In this document: positions 44,242-53,401 of the stretch, in pieces
Numbering within the stretch: position 1 is the first letter of the stretch
How the letters are laid out: the number at the start of each line of letters is the position of its first letter
NCBI GenBank assembly: GCA_965205005.1
Contig: OZ242028.1
Coordinates: forward strand, 569,250 to 633,249
Length of the DNA: 64,000 nt
Direction of reading: 5' to 3'
From: Longimicrobiales bacterium
GTDB taxonomy: Bacteria > Gemmatimonadota > Gemmatimonadetes > Longimicrobiales > Gaopeijiaceae
The notes under the pieces: generated by a model
Told to the model about the DNA's origin: nothing
Database searches by the model: none
Seen by the model: only the letters and a program-made list of their open reading frames with translations
Translations under genes and position numbers: made by a program

Positions 44242-45495
44242 ATGGAAATCGCCGACCTCAAGAACAAAACGGTAGCAGAGCTCCAGGGGTACGCGGAAGC
44301 GCTCAACATCCCGAACTCCGGCGGACTCCGCAAGCAGGATCTGATCTTCATGATCTACCGCGGCCTCGCGGCGCGGAATGAGACCCCCCGGGCCGAAGGT
44401 GTGCTCGACGTCCTTCCGGACGGATACGGATTCCTCAGGTCGGCGGGCTGGAACTACCTGAACGGCCCCGATGACGTGTATGTGAGTCCCGCACAGATCG
44501 CGTCGCTGGGCCTCCGCAGGGGCGACACCGTGACCGGGCCGGTCCGTGCTCCCAGCCGCCGGGAGCGGTACGTGGCCCTGGTGAGCGTGGACAGCGTCAA
44601 CGGGCGTGGTCCCGGCACCGCGCGGGAGCGCCCCGAGTACGACGACCTGCGCCCCTTCTATCCCCAGCGGCGGCTGACGCTGGAGGTGCCCGGCACAGAG
44701 ATGGACATGCGCATCATGGACCTCATAGCACCGGTGGGACTGGGACAGCGGGGGCTGATCGTGTCCCCGCCAAAGGCCGGCAAGACCACGATCCTGCGCA
44801 ACATGGCCAATGCAATCGCGACCAACCACCGAGATGTCGAGCTGGTGGTGCTCCTGATCGACGAGCGGCCGGAAGAGGTCACCGAGATGGCCGAGACCGC
44901 CGGGGCGCGGGTCTTCGCATCCACCTTCGACGAACCCGCTAGCCGGCATCGCCAGGTTGCCGAAATGGTGCTGGAAAAGGCCAAGCGCAAGGTCGAACAG
45001 GGAGGCGACGTCGTGATCCTCCTGGACTCGATCACGCGCCTCGCCCGGGCGTACAACATCCTGGCTCCACACTCCGGGAGGATCCTCTCGGGCGGCGTCG
45101 ATGCCTACGCTCTGTCGAAGCCGAAGCGGTTCTTCGGATCGGCCCGCAACATTCACGAGGGTGGGTCGCTCACCATTATCGCCACGGCTCTGGTGGAAAC
45201 CGGCAGCCGAATGGACGAGGTGATCTTCGAGGAGTTCAAGGGGACCGGGAACATGGAACTGGTGCTCGATCGCGAAATCGCCGACAGCCGCGTCTACCCG
45301 GCGATCGACCTGAACCGGTCCGGCACGCGGCGCGAGGAACTGCTGCTCTCGCAGACCGAGCTCAACCGGGTATACCTGTTGCGCAGCTTCCTCGCCGACA
45401 TGCCCTCCCCCGACGCAATCGAGTTCCTCATGGAGCGCATGAGCCGCCATCGGACCAACGCCCGGTTCCTCGACGCGATGGTCGCCGGGGAGTAG
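44242..45495 (+). CDS. rho: Transcription termination factor Rho
   Basis: [23 protein letters not shown] (Rho N-terminal), [13 protein letters not shown] Walker [35 protein letters not shown]. Confidence 0.92.
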   Translation: MEIADLKNKTVAELQGYAEALNIPNSGGLRKQDLIFMIYRGLAARNETPRAEGVLDVLPDGYGFLRSAGWNYLNGPDDVYVSPAQIASLGLRRGDTVTGPVRAPSRRERYVALVSVDSVNGRGPGTARERPEYDDLRPFYPQRRLTLEVPGTEMDMRIMDLIAPVGLGQRGLIVSPPKAGKTTILRNMANAIATNHRDVELVVLLIDERPEEVTEMAETAGARVFASTFDEPASRHRQVAEMVLEKAKRKVEQGGDVVILLDSITRLARAYNILAPHSGRILSGGVDAYALSKPKRFFGSARNIHEGGSLTIIATALVETGSRMDEVIFEEFKGTGNMELVLDREIADSRVYPAIDLNRSGTRREELLLSQTELNRVYLLRSFLADMPSPDAIEFLMERMSRHRTNARFLDAMVAGE

Positions 45496-45505
45496 CTCCC
45501 CGCCG

Positions 45506-46042
45506 TCAGCCGTCCAGGTCCCTGTAGCGCGGGTTGACCGTCAGGCTGCCGCCCTCGAAGACCTTCCGGTCCCAGGGATAGACCAGGGTGGCGTCGGTTG
45601 CGAGCGCGTGGTAGTCGGGTGAATAGCCGCGCGTGCGGGCGAAGCTTGTGGCCGTGCGCACCTCTGCCGGGCCGACATCTCTTACCGCCGCCAAAGCAAG
45701 CCGGAGCGTCTCGCCCGAGGTGGTGATTTCGTCGACGATCAGCACCCTCTTGCCCCTGGCCTGCCTCGGGGCCGCCGAAAGGATGGAGGGGCGGTGCCGC
45801 ACGACCCGCCCACCCTCGCGCCGCGTGATCTTCAGCGAGAAGAAGTCACGGCGCATGATCGACGCGATGACGGCGCCCGGAATCACACCGGCACGCGCCA
45901 CCCCGATGACGATCTCGGGGTCGTAGTCGGCCGCTACCTTGAGTGCCAGGGCCCGGCAGAGTTCGCCGAACATCTCCCACGAGAGCTCCAGGTAGTCATC
46001 GGACGGAACGACATCGCGCTGGTCGAACGAACGGTTCAACAT
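45506..46042 (-). CDS. Phosphoribosyltransferase family protein
   Basis: PRPP-binding motif VLIVDEITTSGETL. GGAGAGGAG SD upstream of ATG 46042. Confidence 0.75.
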   Translation of the reverse strand: MLNRSFDQRDVVPSDDYLELSWEMFGELCRALALKVAADYDPEIVIGVARAGVIPGAVIASIMRRDFFSLKITRREGGRVVRHRPSILSAAPRQARGKRVLIVDEITTSGETLRLALAAVRDVGPAEVRTATSFARTRGYSPDYHALATDATLVYPWDRKVFEGGSLTVNPRYRDLDG

Positions 46043-46076
46043 TGTGTTCTCCTCTCCGCGCTTTAGACTTTCCGCC

Positions 46077-46523
46077 ATGACGACCGATCTCCAGGAGAAG
46101 GCCGACGCCCGCTTTGCCGCAGCTCTTGCCGCCAGCGGCGCCCGCGACCCCAGGGAATACTACCGCACCCGACTGCGCGAGCTGAAGCGATCCAATCCCG
46201 AGGGGTACGCGCAAGCCGTCAGATATTATCAGGACGAACTGATCCCGTCCATTGCGGAAGCGGACACCGATCCCCTGGAGGCGTGGCGGGCCTACGGTCT
46301 TCTGATCGCCCAGGTGACTGCCCCGGGGCGCGCCCTGGCGATCGATCCCAGCGGTCGGTCGCGTCCGATTGCATCAACCGGCGCAACCGACGACCTGGTG
46401 CTGCACTTCCCGGATGCGCGATCCGCGCCGCCGCTGCTGGTGGGGCTGCCGCCGAAGCCGTCGCCCGCGCAATTGGCGACGCACCGATGGCTTGTCGCAG
46501 GCCGGCGAGCACTGGCGGAATAG
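46077..46523 (+). CDS. Hypothetical protein
   Basis: MTTDLQEKADARFAAALAASG... shows coding-like composition but no recognisable motif. Confidence 0.4.
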   Translation: MTTDLQEKADARFAAALAASGARDPREYYRTRLRELKRSNPEGYAQAVRYYQDELIPSIAEADTDPLEAWRAYGLLIAQVTAPGRALAIDPSGRSRPIASTGATDDLVLHFPDARSAPPLLVGLPPKPSPAQLATHRWLVAGRRALAE

Positions 46524-46553
46524 GCACCACGCCCTGCCCGCCCGGCGCGGCGC

Positions 46554-46583
46554 GGCCCGTGTCGGCGAGGCCCGTGTCGGCGC
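46554..46583. repeat. 15-bp tandem duplication GGCCCGTGTCGGCG(A/C) in a convergent intergenic spacer
   Basis: A 21-nt stretch GCGAGGCCCGTGTCGGCGCCG (46565-46585) is identical to 17304-17324 inside the amidase tandem repeat. Confidence 0.7.
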
Positions 46584-46585
46584 CG

Positions 46586-48442
46586 TCAGTCCTCCACCAT
46601 GTAGGCAACGCCCCACGCCCCGGGCCCCAGATGCGCCGAGATCGTCGGCGTAATCGGCGAAACCAGAATCTCCGCGTCGCCGAAGCGCTGCGTCAGTTCC
46701 TCGCACACCTGGCTCGCGATCTCGGGTGCCGCCACATGGACGACCCCGAAGCGGACCTTTCCGACATCGGGCGGAATCTCCGCTGCGACCTTCTCCATGA
46801 TTATCTTCCGCGCGCGCGCCGGGCCCCGGGCCTTGCCGTAGGCCTTGATCCTGCCGTCCGGCCCCACGCCCAGCACGGGCTTCAGGTCCAGGACGCCGCC
46901 GAGCCAGCCCGCGAACTGGCTCACGCGTCCCGACGCCATGAGCCGGTCCAGGTTGCGAACGGTGAACAGGATGCCTGACTGGCGCCGGATCCGCCGAACC
47001 TCCGCGACGACTTCGTCCGCCGGCACGCCCGCTTCGGCCAGCTCCGCCGCCTTGAGCGCCAGCAGTCCGACCAGCAGCGAAGCGGCCTCCGAGTCGACGA
47101 GCCGGACATCCAGATCCGGCACCATGCGAGCGGCGTTCTCCGCCGAGCGATAAATGCCGCTCAAAGTGGCGGCCACCAGCACCCCGATCACCACCTCGGC
47201 CTCGCTCGAGGCGCGCTCGAAGGCAGCGACGAAGTCCCCGGGAGGAGGCTGCGACGTCGATGGCAGCGTCTCGCCGCTCTCCATTCGGGCATGAAACTCC
47301 TCCGCGGTGACGTCGACGCCGTCCCGCAGGGTCCTGCCGTCTTCGATCAGGAGCAAAGGGACCACCCGGATCCCGTGCGCCCGGACGACCGCCTCCGGGA
47401 GATCCGCGCCCGAGTCCACCAGTATGCCCACCGGACGCCGTACGACACCCCGGTCCGCGCGCCGCGCCGCTTCGAACTGGGCCAGCATGTCCTCGGCCTT
47501 GTGCGCGGTGACCGTCCCCACGCTCGCACAGTAGTCGATCACGGAGCGAGGGTCGTCCGTATGCAGGTGCACCTTGAGGATCTCCTCGCTCCGGATGACC
47601 AGGAGCTCCTCCGTACCTTCGGACAGCGCCGCCCGCACGACCTTCTCGGAAGGCAGGTCCGAACCCTCGACGAGGATCTCGGTGCAGTACCGCCTGCTGC
47701 CGTGGGTGAACGGATGGGCCGTCCCGGCGATCGGCGACCAGTCGGGACGCGACATATCGTCGAGGATGCTCTCGTCGATCCCCTCCTGCGGGACCGCCTT
47801 CGCATCGCCCTCCTCAATCAGCTTCGCCACGCCCTCGAGCATCTCCACGAACCCCATCGCGCCCGCATCCACGACTCCCGCCTCGGCGAGGACCGGAAGC
47901 AGGTCGGGCGTGCGTGCGAGCGACTCCCGGGCCGTCTCGAGCACGCGCATCATGGCGTCGGCGAAGTCTCCCCTCTCGTCCCGGTCACCTTCTTCGATCG
48001 CCCTGGTCGCCGAGTCGCGCACCACCGTCAGAATCGTACCCTCGACCGGGTCCTCGACCGCGGCGTCAAGCGCACGGGCCCCGGCCATGAGCGCGACCGC
48101 AAAACCGTCGAGCGAAACCCGCGACCTGCCTTCCAGTTCCCCCGACAATCCGAGCAGGAACTGTGACAGCATCATCCCGCAATTGCCGCGGGCCCCGAGC
48201 AGGGCGGAGCGGGCGACCGCGGCTGCAACCTCGTCCACGCGCCTTTGCCGGGACCCGGACAAACCGCTGGCGATCGCGTCCAGCGTCAGCGCCAGATTGG
48301 TCCCGGTGTCGCCATCGGCCACCGGGAACACGTTGATCCGATTCAGCTCGGCCTTGGCGCGCTGCGCGTGGTTGCAGGACGCAAGCATGGCACGCTTCAG
48401 ACGACGACCGTCCACGTACGCAATCTTGGACCTGTCGGACAT
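46586..48442 (-). CDS. DhaL/DAK2 (FakA-like kinase) domain fused to a complete DegV (FakB-like fatty-acid-binding) domain
   Basis: Trimmed to MSDRSKIAYVDG. The N-terminal part has VFPVADGDTGTNL (DhaL motif) and RYCTEILVEG...VHLHTDDP (FakA-like middle region). The C-terminal ~280 aa have VGILVDSGADLP, PSTSQPPPGDF, ATLSGIY and AHLGPGAWGV, which are DegV hallmarks. Confidence 0.8.
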   Translation of the reverse strand: MSDRSKIAYVDGRRLKRAMLASCNHAQRAKAELNRINVFPVADGDTGTNLALTLDAIASGLSGSRQRRVDEVAAAVARSALLGARGNCGMMLSQFLLGLSGELEGRSRVSLDGFAVALMAGARALDAAVEDPVEGTILTVVRDSATRAIEEGDRDERGDFADAMMRVLETARESLARTPDLLPVLAEAGVVDAGAMGFVEMLEGVAKLIEEGDAKAVPQEGIDESILDDMSRPDWSPIAGTAHPFTHGSRRYCTEILVEGSDLPSEKVVRAALSEGTEELLVIRSEEILKVHLHTDDPRSVIDYCASVGTVTAHKAEDMLAQFEAARRADRGVVRRPVGILVDSGADLPEAVVRAHGIRVVPLLLIEDGRTLRDGVDVTAEEFHARMESGETLPSTSQPPPGDFVAAFERASSEAEVVIGVLVAATLSGIYRSAENAARMVPDLDVRLVDSEAASLLVGLLALKAAELAEAGVPADEVVAEVRRIRRQSGILFTVRNLDRLMASGRVSQFAGWLGGVLDLKPVLGVGPDGRIKAYGKARGPARARKIIMEKVAAEIPPDVGKVRFGVVHVAAPEIASQVCEELTQRFGDAEILVSPITPTISAHLGPGAWGVAYMVED

Positions 48443-48510
48443 GTGGACTAGACTCCGCGAAAGCTCCGGCCGAAGGACACTGGCTGCACAGTAAGGAGGA
48501 CGAACTGCGA

Positions 48511-49215
48511 TTGGAACCCTTGCGTGAAGGAATCGTCTACGTCTGGGAGGGACGGCTCGAAGTCGACGCCACCATCGAGGCGGCAGCCCGAGCATTGCTG
48601 TCGCCCCGGGAAAAGGCGCGCGCCGACCGGTTCGTATACGCCCGCCACCGCCGGCGGTACACGGTGGCGCAGGCGCACCTTCGCCGCACCCTCGGCGAGC
48701 TTCGCGGCATGCACCCCGCGCGCGTCCCCTTCCAATACGGCGAGCACGGCAAGCCGTTCCTGACCGGCGGCCCGGCATTCAACCAGTCCCACTCATCGGA
48801 GCGGGTCATGATCGGCGTCGCCGCCGAAGGCCGCCTCGGCATCGACCTCGAGAAGATCCGAACCGTGCGCCTGATGGCCGAGATCGCCCGGAAGAACCTC
48901 GCACCCGACGAGGCCGCACTGTTCCGGAGGACTCCCGACCGGGACCGGCAACGCATGTTCTTCCGGATCTGGACGTGCAAGGAAGCCTTCCTGAAAGCGC
49001 TCGGCGTGGGGCTTACCGAACCTCTCCGCTCCTTTTCGGTCGACCCGTCCCCCGGTCGACGCAACGCGCTCGTGCGCGCCGACGACCACGGAGAGGCGCC
49101 CGCTCAATGGCACGTGGCCAACATCCCCTGCTCACACGGCGCCGAGGCGGCCATTGCAATCGACCGCCGGCGGATTGCGGTGGAGCCGCTCGGGTACGAC
49201 CCGGACGGTCTCTGA
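48511..49215 (+). CDS. 4'-phosphopantetheinyl transferase (Sfp-type)
   Basis: TTG start. FNQSHS, GIDLE, WTCKEAFLKALG motifs. Confidence 0.8.
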   Translation: MEPLREGIVYVWEGRLEVDATIEAAARALLSPREKARADRFVYARHRRRYTVAQAHLRRTLGELRGMHPARVPFQYGEHGKPFLTGGPAFNQSHSSERVMIGVAAEGRLGIDLEKIRTVRLMAEIARKNLAPDEAALFRRTPDRDRQRMFFRIWTCKEAFLKALGVGLTEPLRSFSVDPSPGRRNALVRADDHGEAPAQWHVANIPCSHGAEAAIAIDRRRIAVEPLGYDPDGL

Positions 49216-49226
49216 CGGACGCGGTG

Positions 49227-50216
49227 TCAGCCCCCGCAGCTGCTCGCCTGAACGGCACCCTGGGTGGCCGTCTCCACTGACTCCGCCTCGACCGACTCCC
49301 CGTCGCACGCGGCCGTGCTGCACGAAACAGGCGTTCCCGTCGTGGCGTTCGAGCAGATCGCGCCGTTCTCGTAGCAGGTGTAGCAGGCCGACTCTCCCAG
49401 GCGCGCGCGCACACCCACCGCTTCGGTGAGTGTGTCGGCGAGGCGCGCACTGGGGTAGTCGAGCAGAATGGGGCACGCATAGACGCCTGCGGCGGTGACG
49501 AGGCGCGCACGCGTGCAGAGCAGCTGGTCCAGATCGTACCCGTGCAGCATCTCGTGGGTGACCCGCTCGGAAGCGCGGTACGGCCGGTTTCGCGTGGCCT
49601 CCTCGCCAATCAGCAGCGGCGGGAGGACCTTGAGGCGCGGCTCATGGTACCCGACCGCGCCAAGCGCGTCCCGAAACGCCTGGAGCATGCAGGCCATGTG
49701 CTCGCAGGGCCAGCTCTGCATGGTCGTGATGATGGGCCGGAATCCCGCGGCCACAAGGTGCCCCACCCCCTCCATTGCGCGGTCGAAGGTGCCCTCGCCC
49801 CGGATGGGGTCGTTGATCTCGGCCGAAGGACCGTCAATGCTGACCCGGAGTTCGAGCGGATACCGGCTCTGCTCCTGGATCCGCCGGAGCTCTTCGACCC
49901 TCCGTCGGGGAAAAAGCGTGGCGTTGGTCAGCACCGTTGCCGGTCCCCGTGCGAGCGCGTCCTCCAGGATCCCCTCAATCTCGTTGTTCATGAACGGCTC
50001 GCCGCCGGTGAAGTAGTACTCCTTCACACCCATGCCTGCGGCTTCCTCGAGCGCGCCGCGCACCTGGTCCCTCGTCATGAACCAGAACGAGTGGTTGTCG
50101 GGCGAGCACGAGATGAAGCAGTGGCTGCAACGCAGGTTGCAGACCGTACCACTGACCTGGATCCAGAGCTGGTCCAGCGATGTGAGGGGGACGGTGGGAA
50201 CCAGGGGCGCAATCAT
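49227..50216 (-). CDS. Radical SAM protein with a Cys-rich (SPASM/twitch-like) C-terminal region
   Basis: CNLRCSHC (CxxxCxxC), YYFTGGEPFMN. C-terminal cysteines: LLCTRARLVTAAGVYACP, ACYTCYENGAICS, and the tail SCSTAACDG...SSCGG. Confidence 0.8.
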   Translation of the reverse strand: MIAPLVPTVPLTSLDQLWIQVSGTVCNLRCSHCFISCSPDNHSFWFMTRDQVRGALEEAAGMGVKEYYFTGGEPFMNNEIEGILEDALARGPATVLTNATLFPRRRVEELRRIQEQSRYPLELRVSIDGPSAEINDPIRGEGTFDRAMEGVGHLVAAGFRPIITTMQSWPCEHMACMLQAFRDALGAVGYHEPRLKVLPPLLIGEEATRNRPYRASERVTHEMLHGYDLDQLLCTRARLVTAAGVYACPILLDYPSARLADTLTEAVGVRARLGESACYTCYENGAICSNATTGTPVSCSTAACDGESVEAESVETATQGAVQASSCGG

Positions 50217-50381
50217 GATCCGTCAACTCCGGAGGGAAGCAGCCGGGACCGGTCGCAACCGGGCTGGCCACGATCATTGGGAGCGGGTAAGGTACCCCCC
50301 GCAACCCCGCTTCGTAAGATCGGTTCCCTCGATTCACCCGCTGTGGGCAGCACCGCCCCGGCCAGGAGACCCTGGATTGCC

Positions 50382-51752
50382 ATGGGATTCACCACCATCA
50401 ACCCCACCAGCGGCGAGATGCTGCGCAGATACCCGTTCATGTCCGACGGGGCGTTGGACGCCGCACTCACCACCGCCCGCAACGCCCAGCGCACCTGGGC
50501 CGCCGTCCCCGTGGAGGAGCGTGCCCGCATCGTAGCCGGTCTCGCGGCACACCTTCGCCAACGGGACCGGAAGCTCGCCGAGATCGTCACCATGGAGATG
50601 GGCAAGCCCCTGGGCGAAGCCGTGATGGAGGTGGACAAGTGCGCGTCCGGGTGCGAGCACTACGGCGAGATGGGTGCCGCCTATCTGCGCGACCAGGTGG
50701 TGGAGACCGAATCGCACCGCAGCTACGTCACCTTCCAGCCGCTGGGCCTCGTCCTGGCGATCATGCCGTGGAACTTCCCCCTCTGGCAGGTGATCCGGGC
50801 GGCCGTCCCCGCCCTGATCGCCGGAAACGGCGTCCTCCTCAAGCACGCGCCCAGCGTCCCCTGCTGCGCGCTCGAACTCGCCGACCTCTTCGCCGCGGCC
50901 GACCTCCCGAAGGGGCTCTTCACCAACCTCTTCATCGATCTCCCGGCCACGGCCGACCTGATCCGCGACGAGCGCGTCCAGGCGGTCACCCTCACCGGCA
51001 GCACCCGTGCGGGCCGCGAAGTCGCGCGCATCGCCGGGTCGCAGATCAAGACCTGCGTGCTGGAGCTGGGCGGCAGCGATCCCTACATCGTGCTCGAGGA
51101 CGCCGACCTGCCCCGCACGGTCGAGGCATGCGTGACCGGCCGCCTGATCAACGCGGGGCAAAGCTGCATCGCGGCCAAGCGCATGATCGTGCACGAATCG
51201 GTGGCGGACGAATTCACCGAGATGGTGATCGGGCGCATGGCGGCCACGCGGGTCGGCGACCCGATGGCCGAGATGACCGATGTCGGGCCGCTCGCGCGCG
51301 AGGATCTGCGCGACCACCTCGCCGATCAGGTCGCGCGCAGCATCGAGGCCGGCGCCGCGTGCCCGCTGGGCGGCAAGGTCCCGGACGTGCCGGGATGGTA
51401 CTACCCGGCCACGGTCCTGACGGACGTGCGCCCGGGGACGCCGGCCTACGAGGAGGAGATGTTCGGACCGGTCGCCTGCATCATCCGCGCGGGTTCCGAG
51501 GAGGAAGCGGTCCGCATTGCCAACGACACCGCGTACGGCCTCGGGGCCGCGGTCTTCACGCGCGATCTCGAGCGGGGCGAACGCATCGCCCGCACGGGGA
51601 TCGAGGCCGGCTCATGCTTCGTGAACGACTTCGTCAAATCCGACCCGCGGCTGCCCTTCGGCGGCGTGAAATCCAGCGGTTTCGGGCGCGAGCTGGCCGA
51701 CTTCGGCATCCGCGAATTCGTGAACGTGAAGACGGTGAGGGTGGAGCGGTAG
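50382..51752 (+). CDS. NAD(P)+-dependent aldehyde dehydrogenase (succinate-semialdehyde dehydrogenase-like)
   Basis: Trimmed to MGFTTINPTSGE. MPWNFPLWQ, LELGGSDP (catalytic Glu), GQSCIAAKR (catalytic Cys), PFGGVKSSGFGRE. Confidence 0.88.
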   Translation: MGFTTINPTSGEMLRRYPFMSDGALDAALTTARNAQRTWAAVPVEERARIVAGLAAHLRQRDRKLAEIVTMEMGKPLGEAVMEVDKCASGCEHYGEMGAAYLRDQVVETESHRSYVTFQPLGLVLAIMPWNFPLWQVIRAAVPALIAGNGVLLKHAPSVPCCALELADLFAAADLPKGLFTNLFIDLPATADLIRDERVQAVTLTGSTRAGREVARIAGSQIKTCVLELGGSDPYIVLEDADLPRTVEACVTGRLINAGQSCIAAKRMIVHESVADEFTEMVIGRMAATRVGDPMAEMTDVGPLAREDLRDHLADQVARSIEAGAACPLGGKVPDVPGWYYPATVLTDVRPGTPAYEEEMFGPVACIIRAGSEEEAVRIANDTAYGLGAAVFTRDLERGERIARTGIEAGSCFVNDFVKSDPRLPFGGVKSSGFGRELADFGIREFVNVKTVRVER

Positions 51753-51786
51753 GCGAACGCCTTGCCGAGGGCCCCATCCGCCGGCA

Positions 51787-53340
51787 CTACTCCCGCCGGA
51801 GCACCTTCCCGGGCGTCGCACCCGTCACGGCACCGTCCTCGTAAACGACCACGCCCGCAACCCACACCCGCTCGATCCCCTCCGCAGTCAGATGCGGTTC
51901 CTCCGTCGTCGCACGGTCGATCACCGTGGCCGGGTCGAAGAGCACCAGGTCAGCCGGCGCACCCGCCGTCAGAACCCCGCGGCCCGACATCCCCATGTGG
52001 GCCGCCGCCAGCCCGGTCATCTTGTGGACGGCGTCCTCCAGCCGCAGCCGCCCCGCCTCCCGCACGTAGCGCCCCAGCACGCGCGGATATGTGCCGAAAC
52101 CGCGCGGGTGCGCGCCCCGCAGGCCCCCGTCGCTCGACACGTTCGTGTGCGGCCAGGCCATCAGCGTCGCGATGTCGTCGACGGTCATGCTCCTCGCGAC
52201 GATGCTCTCGCGGCCGTCCCGCCCCGCCGCTTCCTCGGTCCGCGACTCCGCGATCAGGTCCAGATAGGTCGTGACCGCGTCGGTCCCCCGCTCGGCGGCA
52301 ATCCGAGCCAACGTCATCCCTTCCAGCGTCGGGTCCGGCCCGAAACGCCCGATGATCATCCCGTCGGGCGCGACCAGCTCCTCCAGCGCGTAGCGCGCGG
52401 CTTCCCGATCGGTAAAATCGCGCTCCGGAAACAGCACCGTCATCGTCGACTGCCAGTACTCGTACGGGTAAACGTCCGCCGTGATGTCCAGGCCGGCCGT
52501 GCGCGCCTCGTCCAGCCGCGCCAGCAGGTCAGCCGCCTGCCCCCACAGCCCCCGCGCGGCCAGCTTAAAGTGCGAGATCTGCACCGGCAGCCGCGCGCGC
52601 TCCGCAATCTCGATCGTCTCCTCGATGGCGTCGAGCAGGGCACGGTCCTCGCTCCGCATGTGCGAGATGTAGCGTCCCCCGCTCGCCGCCGCCGTCATCG
52701 CCAGCGCGACCACCTCGTCCGTTGACGAGTAGATCCCCGGGTCGTACTCCAGGCCGGTCGAAAGCCCCAGCGCCCCGCTCGCCAGTTCAGTCTCCAGCAG
52801 TTCCTGCATCGCCGCGACCTCTTCCCCCGTAGCCTCCCGGCGGAAGTCGTCGCCCATGACCTGCCGCCGCAGCGTGCCGTGCCCCGAATACGACGCCACG
52901 TTGACCGCCGCCGGCGTCGCCTCCAGCGCCGCGAAGAAGTCCGCAATCGGGAACCGCGACCCACCGTCCTGTCCCGCGACAATCGTGGTGATCCCCTGGC
53001 TGACTGCGGCCAGCGCCGCGCGCTCCTCAAGCAGGCCGGCGTCGTGGTGGCTGTGCGTGTCGATGAAGCCGGGCGCCAGCACGAGCCCGCTGCCATCATG
53101 GACCGGCTCGCTGTTTTTGGGTGTGAGGGCGTCGTCCCCGTCGGCGGCCACCACCGCGGCGATGACCCCGCCGTCCACACGCACGGAACCGATGTAGCCG
53201 GGACTCCCCGTTCCGTCCACGATGGTGGCGCCTTCGATAATGAACGTATCGGCGACCGGCGGCGCGCCCGTGTCGGCGCACCCGGACAGGAGGGGAAGCC
53301 ACGCGGTAAACAGCAGGCCCACCCCCAGGCGGCGACCCAT
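51787..53340 (-). CDS. N-acyl-D-amino-acid deacylase family amidohydrolase, lipoprotein
   Basis: MGRRLGVGLLFTAWLPLLSGC lipobox. GFIDTHSHHD metal motif. C-terminal PADLVLFDP. Confidence 0.8.
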   Translation of the reverse strand: MGRRLGVGLLFTAWLPLLSGCADTGAPPVADTFIIEGATIVDGTGSPGYIGSVRVDGGVIAAVVAADGDDALTPKNSEPVHDGSGLVLAPGFIDTHSHHDAGLLEERAALAAVSQGITTIVAGQDGGSRFPIADFFAALEATPAAVNVASYSGHGTLRRQVMGDDFRREATGEEVAAMQELLETELASGALGLSTGLEYDPGIYSSTDEVVALAMTAAASGGRYISHMRSEDRALLDAIEETIEIAERARLPVQISHFKLAARGLWGQAADLLARLDEARTAGLDITADVYPYEYWQSTMTVLFPERDFTDREAARYALEELVAPDGMIIGRFGPDPTLEGMTLARIAAERGTDAVTTYLDLIAESRTEEAAGRDGRESIVARSMTVDDIATLMAWPHTNVSSDGGLRGAHPRGFGTYPRVLGRYVREAGRLRLEDAVHKMTGLAAAHMGMSGRGVLTAGAPADLVLFDPATVIDRATTEEPHLTAEGIERVWVAGVVVYEDGAVTGATPGKVLRRE

Positions 53341-53401
53341 GTCAACTTTACTATACATAATGTCAATCACGGTTTACATATTGGCTGCGGTGGCAGCACC
53401 C

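Noticed and set aside
49201-49229. TGA stop of the radical SAM gene as a possible selenocysteine codon extending the Cys-rich tail
   Set aside because: Readthrough gives HRVRQRPSGSYPS..., which looks non-coding and lies antisense to the PPTase gene. No SECIS-like hairpin was evident.
49975-50337. 120-aa ORF and smaller ORFs upstream of the radical SAM gene as candidate precursor peptides
   Set aside because: The ORF overlaps the radical SAM start in another frame, has shadow-like composition, and has no leader/core organisation.
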